DNA of 64,000 nt from Camelus ferus (taxonomy: Eukaryota): NCBI RefSeq assembly GCF_009834535.1, contig NC_045697.1, forward strand, positions 113,710,001 through 113,774,000, read 5' to 3'. The notes under the pieces were generated by a model that made no database searches, was not told the DNA's origin, and saw nothing but the letters and a program-made list of their open reading frames with translations. This document shows, in pieces, positions 53,042 to 64,000 of this stretch (the first letter of the stretch is position 1; each line of letters starts with the position of its first letter). The position numbers were made by a program, and so were the translations under genes.

Positions 53042-53156
53042 TTTTTTGTATTGAAGTATAGTCAGTTTACAGTGTTGTGTCAATTTCTGGTGTACAGCAT
53101 CATGTCCCAGTCATACACATCCACACATATATTCTTTTTCACTATAGGTTACTACA
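53042..53156 (-). mobile_element. Short camelid-type L1 3' terminus with 15-bp TSD
   Basis: TSD ttcttacacattcct at 53027-53041 and 53157-53171; insert tttttttgtattgaagtatagtcagtttac... Confidence 0.92.
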
Positions 53157-53289
53157 TTCTTACACATTCCTAAGGCTAAATGTTCTAACCCCTGAGATTG
53201 CAAGACTTCTAGTCTTTAAAGTAGTTTCTTAGCTATATAGATGCCAACAAGTCAATTTATCTATAAATTAATTGATCAACTTCTCCATC

Positions 53290-53735
53290 CATGGCCAATG
53301 ACTGATCTTTACATAGATGGGTAATCCAAGTGGGTACAGTGAGAACCAACCATGAGCCATATCAACAAGATTTGCCTGACCTCTCTCCCTCCTTATCTCC
53401 CTGTCTCAGTAGCCCTCACTCCCGTCACTGAGAGTTGTTAAGAAGAGAGGATGTAAGCCTGGATCTGTTGGTGGCTTATGTCCATGGTGGGCTGGAGAAA
53501 TATGCCAAAGATCAGAGAAAACCTCAGAATCAACATGAAGGTAGAATTTACACATGAAAAGTATGAGACTAGCTCTTGACGAGTGTATTTGAGCTTCTGA
53601 GTCCAACTGTGTGTGATGACAGACACCTCCAGATTTCTCAGAAGTGTGGGCTAATATTTTATACCTTTTCAAGATCTGTTTTCAAATTGAGGTTTTTTTC
53701 CACTTAAAGTAGAAAGAATTGTACTCACTGAAATG
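53290..53735 (+). mobile_element. MLT1 (MaLR) LTR remnant
   Basis: ggatgtaagcctggatctgttggtggc...tttgagcttctgagtccaactgtg...tgaggtttttttccacttaaagtagaaaga, like MLT1J/K. Confidence 0.55.
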
Positions 53736-53820
53736 ACCAAACAACATTAGATGATTTATGCTCTATAGTGACCTGTTTCACACACCCACAAAACAAACAA
53801 TTTTTTAAAAAGGTGCATTC

Positions 53821-53916
53821 TTTGTTATTGAAGTATAGTCAGTTTACAATGTGTCAATTTCTGGTGTACAGCATAATGTTTCAGTCATACATGTGTATGT
53901 ATATGTATGACTAAAA
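53821..53916 (-). mobile_element. Short L1 3' terminus with fold-back junction
   Basis: ttattgaagtatagtcagtttacaatgtgtcaatttctggtgtacagcataatgtttcagtcatacat followed by sense-strand gtatgtatatgtatgact. Confidence 0.8.
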
Positions 53917-54887
53917 CAGACACTTTTGAGAGAAGATCAAAACACTTTGTTCCACATTCACCTAAATACATTTAAATCCCAATAGCAAGGAATCTATAGT
54001 AAATTTTGGGGGGAAACCATGACTGAAAATATTTGTCAAATGCTTATTATGTGCAAACTACCATATGACATTCTAAGGAATTTAAATTTACATAAGAAAT
54101 ATAACTTTTTTTTCTCAAGAAGGCAGTAGATTTTTTTTTTGATCCTTCAAGAAGCAGATGGCTCTTATTAGAGAATTAAACCTAAAAGATATTACCTGGA
54201 GGAATATATACCTTTTCACAGGAAAGGGGAGAGAGAGAGGCAGAAAAGGAGGAAATAGAAGGTCTGACCCCTGCAAATTTGAGAGGGAAGGAAAAAGGAA
54301 TGAGAGGAAGAGTTACAGCACAAAGCTGCCCACTGAGTAAGTCCTGCATCTCAGAGGATGAGCTGCCTAGTCAGGGAAGCTTGGCTTCAGCAAGTGCTCA
54401 CAGGTGGATCCAGGGAGCTCCCAGCAGTGGCACATGCTAGTCAACTGTGGTCCCTGCATCAGGAGATTCGATGGGCACATTTTCACTGCTGCACATACAA
54501 CTAAAGGTAACAATGAACAAGAAGAGCAAAAGCATAATAATAAAGTTTGCAAAACCATGGTATGGACACAAACCCATACAAATAGAACTGAAATGAAATT
54601 TGAAAGAAACTTAATGCCTTAAGGGCTTCAGGAAACCTTAAAAAGAAAAAGTGATTATTTGACCTAGCCTTGAAGGCTGAGTAGAATTCCCATAGCACGA
54701 GAGGTGGAAGAATGGCTCTGCAAGCAAGGGGAGAGATAAACTAAGGCAGGAAGGCATTGAAATACAGGGCATCCAGCGTTTCGATGGTCATGGTATACTT
54801 ACGTGAGCGTTAGTTTGGAACAGATTGAGAAAAACAGTATCATACAGGTCAAGAATGTGTTAGGAATTAATACACGTCAAGAAGGCA

Positions 54888-55235
54888 ATAAAAAAGAGAC
54901 ACAAATGAACTTATTTACCTAAATGGAAGCAGACTCATAGACATAGAAAACAAACCTATGGTTACCAGTGGGGAAAAGGAGTGAGAAGGATAAATTGGGA
55001 GGCTGAGATTTGCAGATATGAACTACTATATATAAAATAGACACACAACAAGTTTTTACTGTGTAGCACAGGGAATTATATTCAATATCTGTAGTAAGCT
55101 GTAATGAAAAAGAATATGAAAACAAATATATGTACATATATGTATGACTGGGACGTTGTGCTGTGCATCAGAAATAGACACACATTGTAAACTGACTATA
55201 CTGCAGTTAATATATATATATGTAAAAAAATGAAA
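54888..55235 (+). mobile_element. Camelid-type L1 3'UTR fragment
   Basis: acacaaatgaacttatttac...gacatagaaaacaaacctatggttacc...cattgtaaactgactata followed by an A-rich tail. Confidence 0.9.
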
Positions 55236-55529
55236 AACATAATTGTATGGGGGCTAATTCTGGTGTCAACAAAGAAGGTGGATTAGAAATGGAGGGATGA
55301 GGAGGGAGTAACAGGCAGCTCCAAAGTGAAGATGGGAGAAGATACAAAGGCAGGTGGAGGTGAGGACAAGATGAAGGTGGCCAGTGTGGGGTGGTAGAAG
55401 GAAGGAAGACAGCAGTGGGTCTGGAATTACGCAGGACTCTGCCTTGCCCGATTGTGTGGCTCAATACTGTGGAATACAGACAGGTTTCAGGGACAAGATG
55501 CTCAGTTCACACCTATTGAGTTCAAGACA

Positions 55530-55715
55530 CAGTGCACGGCATATAAGATGGTCACTGCTTCATCCCAACCACCCGGGTTTGAATCATGGCTCCACCACTG
55601 ACTACGAGATCATGGGCAGGTCTCTTGAATTCTGTACCTCAGTGTCCCTGTCTGTTAAATGGGAATACTGATACTATCTTATCTGCCTTTTAGAGTTGTT
55701 TTGAGTATTGAAAGA
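55530..55715 (+). mobile_element. MIR SINE
   Basis: ccgggtttgaatcatggctccaccactgac...ctgtacctcagtgtccctgtctgttaaatgggaata. Confidence 0.7.
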
Positions 55716-56399
55716 TTTTATTGGCTATAGCTATTAATTTATTGGCTATTATTATTTTTCAGAATGCTCATTAGTCATTTATATTATGTAATTGATAGCT
55801 TTTTTTTCCCCCACAACTCAAACAAAAAGTAACATTAGGCACCTTTATTGATGTGTACAACTCTTTATATATTTATAAATTGATAAAATGCTATAATTCT
55901 ATACTACTATATATATAGTACTGGTATATATACATATTTAAGTAGAACATAGTTATTTTTTGCTGAGTAAATGACTCTGCTTCATCAATTCCTAATCAGA
56001 GTTATTTGATTTGATGTATTTCTGCTTTGTCCCATAGCTGATGTCCTCCGGAAGCTCACTTGGAATGGTTTAGATAATAAAGAAAAATTCCTCAAATTAG
56101 GATATGTAGTTGTTTTTTTGAGAAAGAGGGAGAATCCAGGCTGAACTCTTCACTCTCCTCTCTCCTCTTAAGCTAATGTGGGATTATAATTCACTTTCTC
56201 ATACTTCATATTAAAGCAACAAATTTTATCTCTTAGCTGCGTTTTTGTTTTTATTTCCCAATGAAAAATTCTATCTCATATTGCCATTTCTGCATGTATA
56301 AATTTGAGCTCTTATCTACTTTTACTTACTACTCTGCTACAATTGGATTATGATATTATCTTGTCTATGTAATACATTACGCGTAATTACATTATAATA

Positions 56400-58790
56400 A
56401 ACGAGGACTCTGTTCTCTTCACTCATCCTGCCATTTCTTCTCCTCGAATAAAGTTAAACTCTCGGTAATTCTATTGAATGCTAAGTATGAGCATTGTTAT
56501 GAATATATAAATATTGTTAATAGTAGATCAAATGATATACAATGACTATATTTTCTTTTTTTCTAATCTGATAAACTTTTACATTCTTCACTTGTTATGT
56601 GAACTGCATGCTTAAATTTATTTTCCCTGATCTATTAATTCATACTCCCCACTCCTCAGAAGTCTCCTTTCCAGAGTACCTCATCTTCCTATCTTTCTGC
56701 TCCAGTCTGGACTCTTTAAAAGCAAGGTTAAAGTACTGCATGGCTATCAACCTTAATTCTTGCATGTCATACATTTTTTTTCTTTTTTGCTTATTTCTTC
56801 TTTTCTGAAGCAATATTCCAAGCAATTACCAGGAAATTAAAGGGGATAAAAGCTTATGTTTTTCTGGGTACTTGCTTAATGAGAATGTTTCTAATGTATC
56901 TTTTACCTCGATTTACATGCTGGTTGAGCATAATATTCTAGAAGAAAATTCTTCTTTCTCCGGGTTTTTAAAGGCTTTCTTCCCTTGTGTATTGCTGCTT
57001 CTGAGAACTATGCTGTCATTCCGATTTTCTCTCTTGTTTTTGTTTTTGGGGTTTCTTATTTCCCCCTCTTCGGAAGCTTTTTGAATCTTTCTTTCATCTT
57101 CAAGATTTGATTTTAAGATATAGGTATGGTTTGGTGTTGTTATTCCTCACTAGTGGTGCTGGGGAAATTCTTGGCCACTTCCAACTGGGAAAAAGATGCT
57201 CCTTGCTTCCAGATAGTTTGTGCTTTACTCTCTGTGGTCAAAGCAATGTATCACAGCCACCTTGTATCTCCTCTGCATGGTAGAAGGGAATTATCAAAAT
57301 CCCCTTCCCAAACCATTGTGAGTTAGAATTTGTCAATGAGAAGTACACCAGGGACAGCTGTGTGCACACACTGGGCAAATGATAAACTCTCGATTCAGAA
57401 TTGCAAGGACCAAAATCCACAGCAGTGATGCACCTTCCCCAAGATGCTTGTTGGACAACAGCTGCCTGGCAAAGCTTAGAATTCTGAGACCCGAAGTGGG
57501 TGCACGGAGAACTGCCTGGGTTATCACCTCCTTCTATTCAGTTTCCTGAATCTTTGCTTCCAGCCCTTACAGGGTGTCTGCCTCTCTAATTTTCTGTATT
57601 GAAAAAGTGCCTACGTGGGACACCTAGAACAGCTTCTCTTTTTCTCAGTAAACTTGGCTGAAGCATCTTCTTTTGCTCTTTCCTCCTTTTGATTCTCTCT
57701 GTCTGCACTGTTTAGAACCCCCATCATTCCATCAGTGACGTCCTTATATTGACGTTCTTCTTTCATTTTCTAGGCTTTTTCTTTTCTCTTTCTTTTGGTT
57801 GCACACTTAGGAAGTTTTCTTGATCTTCTCCTGTGATCATTTTATTGCTTGTTTTATTTCAGCTACCATGTTTTTCATTTCTAATAGTTGTTTCCTGATG
57901 TCAGATTGGTTTCCTTCGTAGCTTCCCATTATTTTATAGCTGACAGATCTTTTCCAGGAAATTTAACTGCTACAATTTTTATTTATGTTTACCTTCTGTT
58001 CCTCCCATCATGTCTTTTTTTTTTTTAACCATTTACATTCTGTATTTAAATTAGGGTCTATGATATGGGAGATGTTCCATAAATGTCTGGTGAGCCTTAG
58101 AATCCCATTTAAGAATAAAAGAGCTCAGCGTAAGCTGCATTGCTGGGGAGGGTGAATGGATGGATTTTGATAAAAATTGCTCAGTTTCAGAGCTATTTTT
58201 AAAGGACACAATCGCCGATATCCAGAGAAATTTCTTGACTCTTTTTAAGAATAAATTTCCATTTTCTCCTGGGAGCCTACACTTGGCTAGAAAGATTCTA
58301 TGAGTTGGAAGGGAGAAGCTTGGGGTTCCCATTGCTGGATGTGGAAAATTTAATTAATCTCCTATTTTCCACTCCATAACTTACGCCTTCCAACTACCAT
58401 TTCTGATGTGCCTGAAAGGGGAGAATATATTGATCAATTTCTGGAGAAAATAAACTTCTAGTCTCATGCCTGTAGACACTTCAGCCCAAATACTTACAAT
58501 ACCTGCCTTTTTTTTTTTTTTTTGTAACTCGTGATTCTGAGTTAGTATTTTCCTTAAAAACTGTAGTTTATCTCTTTCCTGCTCTGCCTACCATTTTACA
58601 ACCCTGTCTCCTTTCTAGCCTCAAAACTGTAGTTAACGTCTCCTATCCACTGAAGTCACCTCTCCCATTTGATTTGAACCTGTAGCTGCTACATCTTTTA
58701 AATTCTATATTGTCATTTCACGGATGTCTTAAGAGGGAAAAGAGAGATGCATACGGGGTTAACCTTCCATGTTCAATAGGAAATCCCAGA
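56400..58790 (-). mobile_element. HAL1 / ancient L1 ORF1-like fragments
   Basis: ctggttgagcataatattctagaag...ttttaaaggc...ctgagaactatgctgtcattccgatt...cggaagctttttgaatcttt resembles antisense HAL1; patchy, boundaries approximate. Confidence 0.5.
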
Positions 58791-58929
58791 GCCTATGATT
58801 TATTTACTATGCTTAATAGTAAAGCTTATTCTCGGGAGCAGAGAAGGGGTAAAGTAAGGACTGAAAAGGACAGAGGCTCAGCTTAACAGGTCAATTCCTC
58901 TGTAATTAGTCCTGTTTCAGACCAACTTC

Positions 58930-59450
58930 ATCTAAACACTCAGACTTACAGAACCTCTCTTTTTGTTCTTATTCCATAAGACACTTGGATTCCCAGCAGC
59001 TGGGGGACAAAGCTCCTGTGATTAGCATCCATTCTGTTTGTGCGACTTTCTCTGGGCTTAGATAACCATTGGTGCCATCGCTGGTCCCATCTAAGCATCC
59101 AAAGCTTGCTGAAGGAAGAGCAGGGGAAATCCTGTCTGTTTTCCGGTCCCCCTCTGCACCAGCACTGCTGGTACCATGGGGCCTTACCTCACCCACAGCA
59201 TCCTGCCTTCCGCCATGGCTACTGATGCCCTGTGTTGGGATGTGTGGACCTCGGGAAGCAGCTGCCACCTAGAGTCACAAACAGGAAATTAGGAGAGCCG
59301 TTCCTTTCTCAGCTTTCCACCACGCCTGTTAGGATTTTGAACCTGAACTGAGATCAGGAACCTAGCATCTCAGCTCATTAAAGTATTCTTTAATCTATCC
59401 ATCCAAAGTGGAAGGCTGTCTACCTCTGCCCCTTTGTATTTTGATAGGCA
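58930..59450 (+). mobile_element. Old ERVL-class LTR remnant (tentative)
   Basis: GC-richer block ending ctcattaaagtattctttaatc...; family not identified. Confidence 0.3.
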
Positions 59451-62038
59451 CAGCTCTTACATCATATCTTATATTTCACTTAACAACTACTGACAGTTGC
59501 TCCTGACAATCGTGCCCTTTGTTCAGAGCTGCCCAGGCCTGCATTAAATATGTAAGAGAAGTTGAGAAATGTGAAAGAATACAATGAAAATAATACAGAA
59601 ATGTTAAATAAGTTATTATACATTTTCCATCACGGTATCAGCTATTCTCTTGCTTGCTTCTGAAACTCACCTGAGACTCAGGTCATTCTGTGAGTATAAT
59701 ATTACCTCCTGCTAATGCACAGATGCTTCCTTCCAGATTTTCCTTCACATTAAATGTTACCATCGAAGGGGAATAGAACAAGGTCAGAAGTTATTGTACC
59801 TTAACTTCCTCAACTTAACTGATGTAAAGAAATAAATAAAAATAATTTCCCACATTGAAAAAGAATTCTTTCTAAACCACTGTATTACACAGCCAAAATT
59901 TATATAATAGAATATACAAGGGTATATGATTTTATACTGTTAGTATTTAAAATGTGCAAACACTGCAACACATTTTCATTCATCCTTTATTTTATTTTTC
60001 ATTTTCTATTTTTGTGCAATTTTGATCAAAGCAAATTACATTTCCTTTTGAATTTTCACTTGACTTTCTAGAGGGCAAAATGCCAATATTACAATTTAAA
60101 TAAATGAAGAAAACTTTCCTCAGCGTGGGGAAATCAGAAATGCATGCTGTGTCTGCGAGCAGAATTAGAGTCTTTTAAGTGTCAAAGTTGAATTGCTTCT
60201 TCCCTAAGTACAATGTTAAAGCGTGTGCAGTTATTAATTCACAATTGAATAGATATGAATATTTTACTTACATAAAACACCGCCTGCAGTGTGCTTGAAT
60301 AGATATTCCAGAAATATTATGCAGAAAGGAACCTAAATTATTTATTGAATCCTTGAGTTCTTTAGTGTCTCTGATTTTGAGAAGGTGCTCTCATTTCTTC
60401 ACAGCTGTCAACTCTGGATTAATTCAAGGGTTAACTATCCATTTTACAATCTGTTCATACTTTCCCCCTCTTTCTGTCTGTCTCCTTGTCCATTTTCTTA
60501 TGAGATGGCACCAGAGACATATCGTGAAAGAGGAACCAATGTGAGATGAGATGCAAAATGCCTCCATGAAAAGGCTGAATGGTACTAAGATGAATCTTTC
60601 TATTTGAATCTCAGTTAGCCTGTAGTCGTTTCTTCTATGTCATATCCACATGTATCAGTCAAAAGCGCTTGATGAGAAGAGTTTCCATCCTAATAATGAC
60701 AATAAGTCAATGAGCCAAGCAAGCGGTTTAGTTGTTTAAAATTATACATCTCAATTCAAAATGTGAGAAAAGATTAGAGTGCATGTATTCCCTTACCCAT
60801 GTGTAGAAAACATCACATAATTTTAGAAACCATTTTATGTATAAGGGAAAACACATTTCTTTTGTTACACAAAGAAAGCAACTATGTGCTCCTTCTGAAA
60901 CACAGAAGGAAATGAACACAAATCGTCTCCGATAATCATCTAACCACATGGGGGCAGTTTACTGTCTTTATGACAATGGATTCAAACCTGGAGATTAAAA
61001 AATGTTATCCTTTTAATGCCTGAAAATGTTTTGTTCCTCCATGTATTTGCCTAACATGAAAAACAAAAACAAAAACAGAACCAAACAGTACCCAGGTTGT
61101 TAACAATGCTTTTTTCACACCACGGCTTGTGGCTGCCATGTTAGTTGGTGTTTCCAGCATCCATTAACCCCCCAACTCCTCTCAGGCGTTTGAGTTTGGT
61201 ACCTGAGGCTCCCCACTGTTAAGTTGCAAAGCTGGAAGGAAATGGGAAAAACACACCCGGTTTTAGCTCTGATATTTGGGAAGAAGAAGGTGATTTCAAG
61301 TCTCAGCAATGATATTTTTCCTGATTTAAATCTACTCTAATACTCGGAAGTAGTTTTCACCTTAATATTTCTGTTCATTAAATTATACTCAATCAAGAAT
61401 TGTACATCAGCTATGCATAGATTTCACACCATAAAAATTAGCTTGTATGAGTTGAAGACATGTCTCTGGGTCTTATTTTATTAGTTGAAGTGAGGAAAAT
61501 CATTCTCCAAGGGGATTTTGATTAGAAAAAGGTCAGTGACAGTGAGCAGACCTTGCCACTCTCTCCTTCCCAACCGCTGAATTCATATTTATTGTGGTAA
61601 GACAAACTTTTCTACTTATCATTTTTATATTTTATATTCTTCAACTGTACAATAAGTAAAGTCATAATTACCACCTGCCTAACTTTTAAAAAGTGTTATA
61701 AAAGTTCTGGAGATGAAAGCCTTGAAATATTTTGATGTCTCTAGATCAAAGGTGCTTCACAGGTATGAAGTACTTTTATTTATTTAAGGTGAGTAATATG
61801 TGCATTATTTCTGAAGCAACTAAATTGCCATTCCTTATAAATTCAAAATGGATCTAATCAGCACCATGGTCCCTGCTACCTGAAATTGCTTTGTGAGACT
61901 AGGAAAAGACAGGGGTATCTTTGAGCATCTAGAGAATTAAGCTCTTAGAAATTTTGAGGGCAAATAGCCCTTAGCTCTAGGCTACTCCTGGTGTATTTGT
62001 GAGAGTAGCATTCCTTTGAAGTTAAATATTCTGTCCCA

Positions 62039-62058
62039 TCACACACACACACACACAC
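62039..62058. repeat. (CA)n microsatellite
   Basis: Seen directly. Confidence 0.9.
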
Positions 62059-63119
62059 AAATTGAGCTGAGAGAAAATATTCTACTAATTAAGGCAAAAG
62101 ACGTTATATTTTTAATCTAGTTAAATAGTATATCTTCTTACAAGTAATGAAAATAACAAGGAACTTGCAAATTATTTTAAAACCAGTTTAGTTACGGTTG
62201 CCCACAGTAAAGTGATTAAATAAAATAAAAAAAAAAGGAGAAGCATCAGACAGATCAATGCCATTGAACCTGTAGGAAACATGGCTGTGGTGGTGATCTG
62301 TCGTCTTTTGGTGGAAAGTGTCTGAACCTTCTTCGACGTTCTGGGTCTTCCCCCCACCCACGTGTGAGTTGTGCAGAAGGCAGAGTATGTTAGTTACTCA
62401 AAAAAATGAAAACGAGAGACACACGCACTTTCCCACCGTCCCTCATAGCCCAGAAGCAAGCACATGACCCAGGCTGTGAAATGCATTAACCCCGGGGCTA
62501 AAGTAAGAATCTAGAGGTCACTCATGCATAACCTAAGGGGACTCTCTCAGAAAGTAGTTTCCTGGGTGCCAGGGACAGCACTGGTGTCCAGAAACAGAGA
62601 ACTAGCCATGCCAGTTACATGCAGCATTTAGCATCTTACCAGCGGCGGCAGTTAGGTTCTCAGATGGCTAACAACAGTGCCAATTTGGGTGTGATCTTCC
62701 TGTCTGTGAAAACTCAAACTTAATTTTCTAGTTACTCTGGCGGTTATGGGAACAAACCAAATCCATTTTCAGAAACATTTCTTCTATGATCAGAGTGGGA
62801 TGGTTATATAGCTTGCAATTTGGATTCCTAACTGATTCAAAATGGAATTAGTAGCTCTAAGGCCTCATTACCATATTAAAATCCATTTAACACAACATTG
62901 ACAAAATACTGTTATTTCAATACTCAGAATGAAGAAAGATCAACAAGTTATATTCATAAAATATCAGGAGATGAGTTGGATTATCTTAATTGGGTCTTAA
63001 TAAATGAAAAACTTTTATTCAAAGAAAAACATTTTGGCTGATTTTATAGTGGAAAAATATTGTATATTTTATAGTGGGGAAAAAAAAAACAGATGAAGCT
63101 CAGAGCTTGTCAAATAAAT

Positions 63120-63320
63120 TGATATCTAGCTTTTTTACTTTCCATCACGTGGATTTAGATAAGTCATTTAAGCTCTCTGATTCTAGATTTCCTCCCTCAT
63201 ATGGAGAATAAGAGATAGACTTTTCATGTGATATGATGGTTGGATTAGAGCTGAAAGATTTCAAATGCTTATCATAGCGTCTAGAGCGTGACGGGAATCC
63301 ACAAAATTACGTTAATTGAT
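63120..63320 (+). mobile_element. MIR SINE fragment
   Basis: tttagataagtcatttaagctctctgattctagatttcctccctcatatggagaataa. Confidence 0.6.
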
Positions 63321-63820
63321 ATACAATGGGATACTAATGAGTCTTCTTAAACTGTTCTTTCTGGGCATGGGTTTTAGCTCCGTGTGTTCTTAAACGTCTA
63401 CAAGGTGGCTTCGGAGCCAGCCTGCCCATGTGCCCGTGTGACACCCTTGGTATTACGCTGGTGCCCTTGCTGATGGTCTGGTGTGTCTACTATATTGATG
63501 ATTAAATTTTTGCCATTCTTAGTTGTACAAGGTATGGGTAGGGACTGGAAATCTGCTAGGCTGTTTAAATAGTATCATAAAACAAGAGAAACACTTTTGT
63601 AACGCCTGAGTATTCGTGTTTGCAGTTTGTATCTTTCCTGACCACCTGTGACGGATTCTATAGGTTGACTGCCCTGCCTGAATTTTTCAGTTTACTTCTT
63701 GATTTCTTAAGCTCAAGCTGAAGATCAATGAAATAAAGTGATAGGTTATCCCATCCCAAACCTTCAACGTGCCTTTTCATATTGACTTTAGGTACCTTTG
63801 ATGCAACGTTAATTTTTAAT

Positions 63821-64000
63821 CTTTTTTTTAAATTGAAGTATACCTGGTTTACGATGTTGTGTTGGTTTCTGGTGTACAGTATAGTGTTTCAGTTATACGT
63901 TTATATATTCCTTTTCATATTCTTTTTCATTATAGTTTACTACAAGATATTGAATATAGTTCCCTGTGCTATAGAGCAGGACCTTGTTGTTTACGTATTT
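63821..64000 (-). mobile_element. Cetartiodactyl/camelid L1 3' end, runs off the window edge
   Basis: ttttttttaaattgaagtata...ttctggtgtacag...gatattgaatatagttccctgtgctata. Confidence 0.88.

Noticed and set aside
60262..60340. Possible 61-nt minus-strand exon ending in GTAAGT
   Set aside because: Acceptor lacks a polypyrimidine tract and the translations are unrecognised
1..64000. tRNA, rRNA, snRNA, CpG-island promoter, CRISPR array or prokaryotic defence system
   Set aside because: None recognisable; the sequence is eukaryotic, CpG-depleted and dominated by transposon fossils

Overview
This is AT-rich, CpG-depleted mammalian DNA that looks intergenic or deep-intronic. The youngest LINE-1 3' ends resemble the camelid (alpaca/camel) L1 family, and I saw no ruminant Bov-A/BovB, pig PRE-1 or primate Alu SINEs, so a camelid source is likely (inference). 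I cannot support any intact protein-coding gene, RNA gene, CRISPR array or prokaryotic operon. The ORF track is mostly chance ORFs plus decayed L1 ORF2 and ERV-L pol fragments. Transposon fossils dominate: about a dozen 5'-truncated L1 copies (several with target-site duplications), L2, MIR, HAL1-like, MLT1/MLT2 LTRs, MER58 and MER47. The largest is an internally deleted ERV-L (MLT2) provirus at 45165-49295 with readable RT, RNase H, integrase and dUTPase remnants and a MER47/Tigger element nested in its 3' LTR. The features least explained by repeats are an ungapped ~80%-identical 153-bp direct repeat pair (17407/19051), a CpG-retaining enhancer-like block (~8.9-9.2 kb), a frame-pure GAN-codon acidic tract (1731-1930) and a few splice-signal-like motifs. 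I found no convincing novel biological system. Repeat family names come from recalled consensus sequences and need RepeatMasker/Dfam confirmation.
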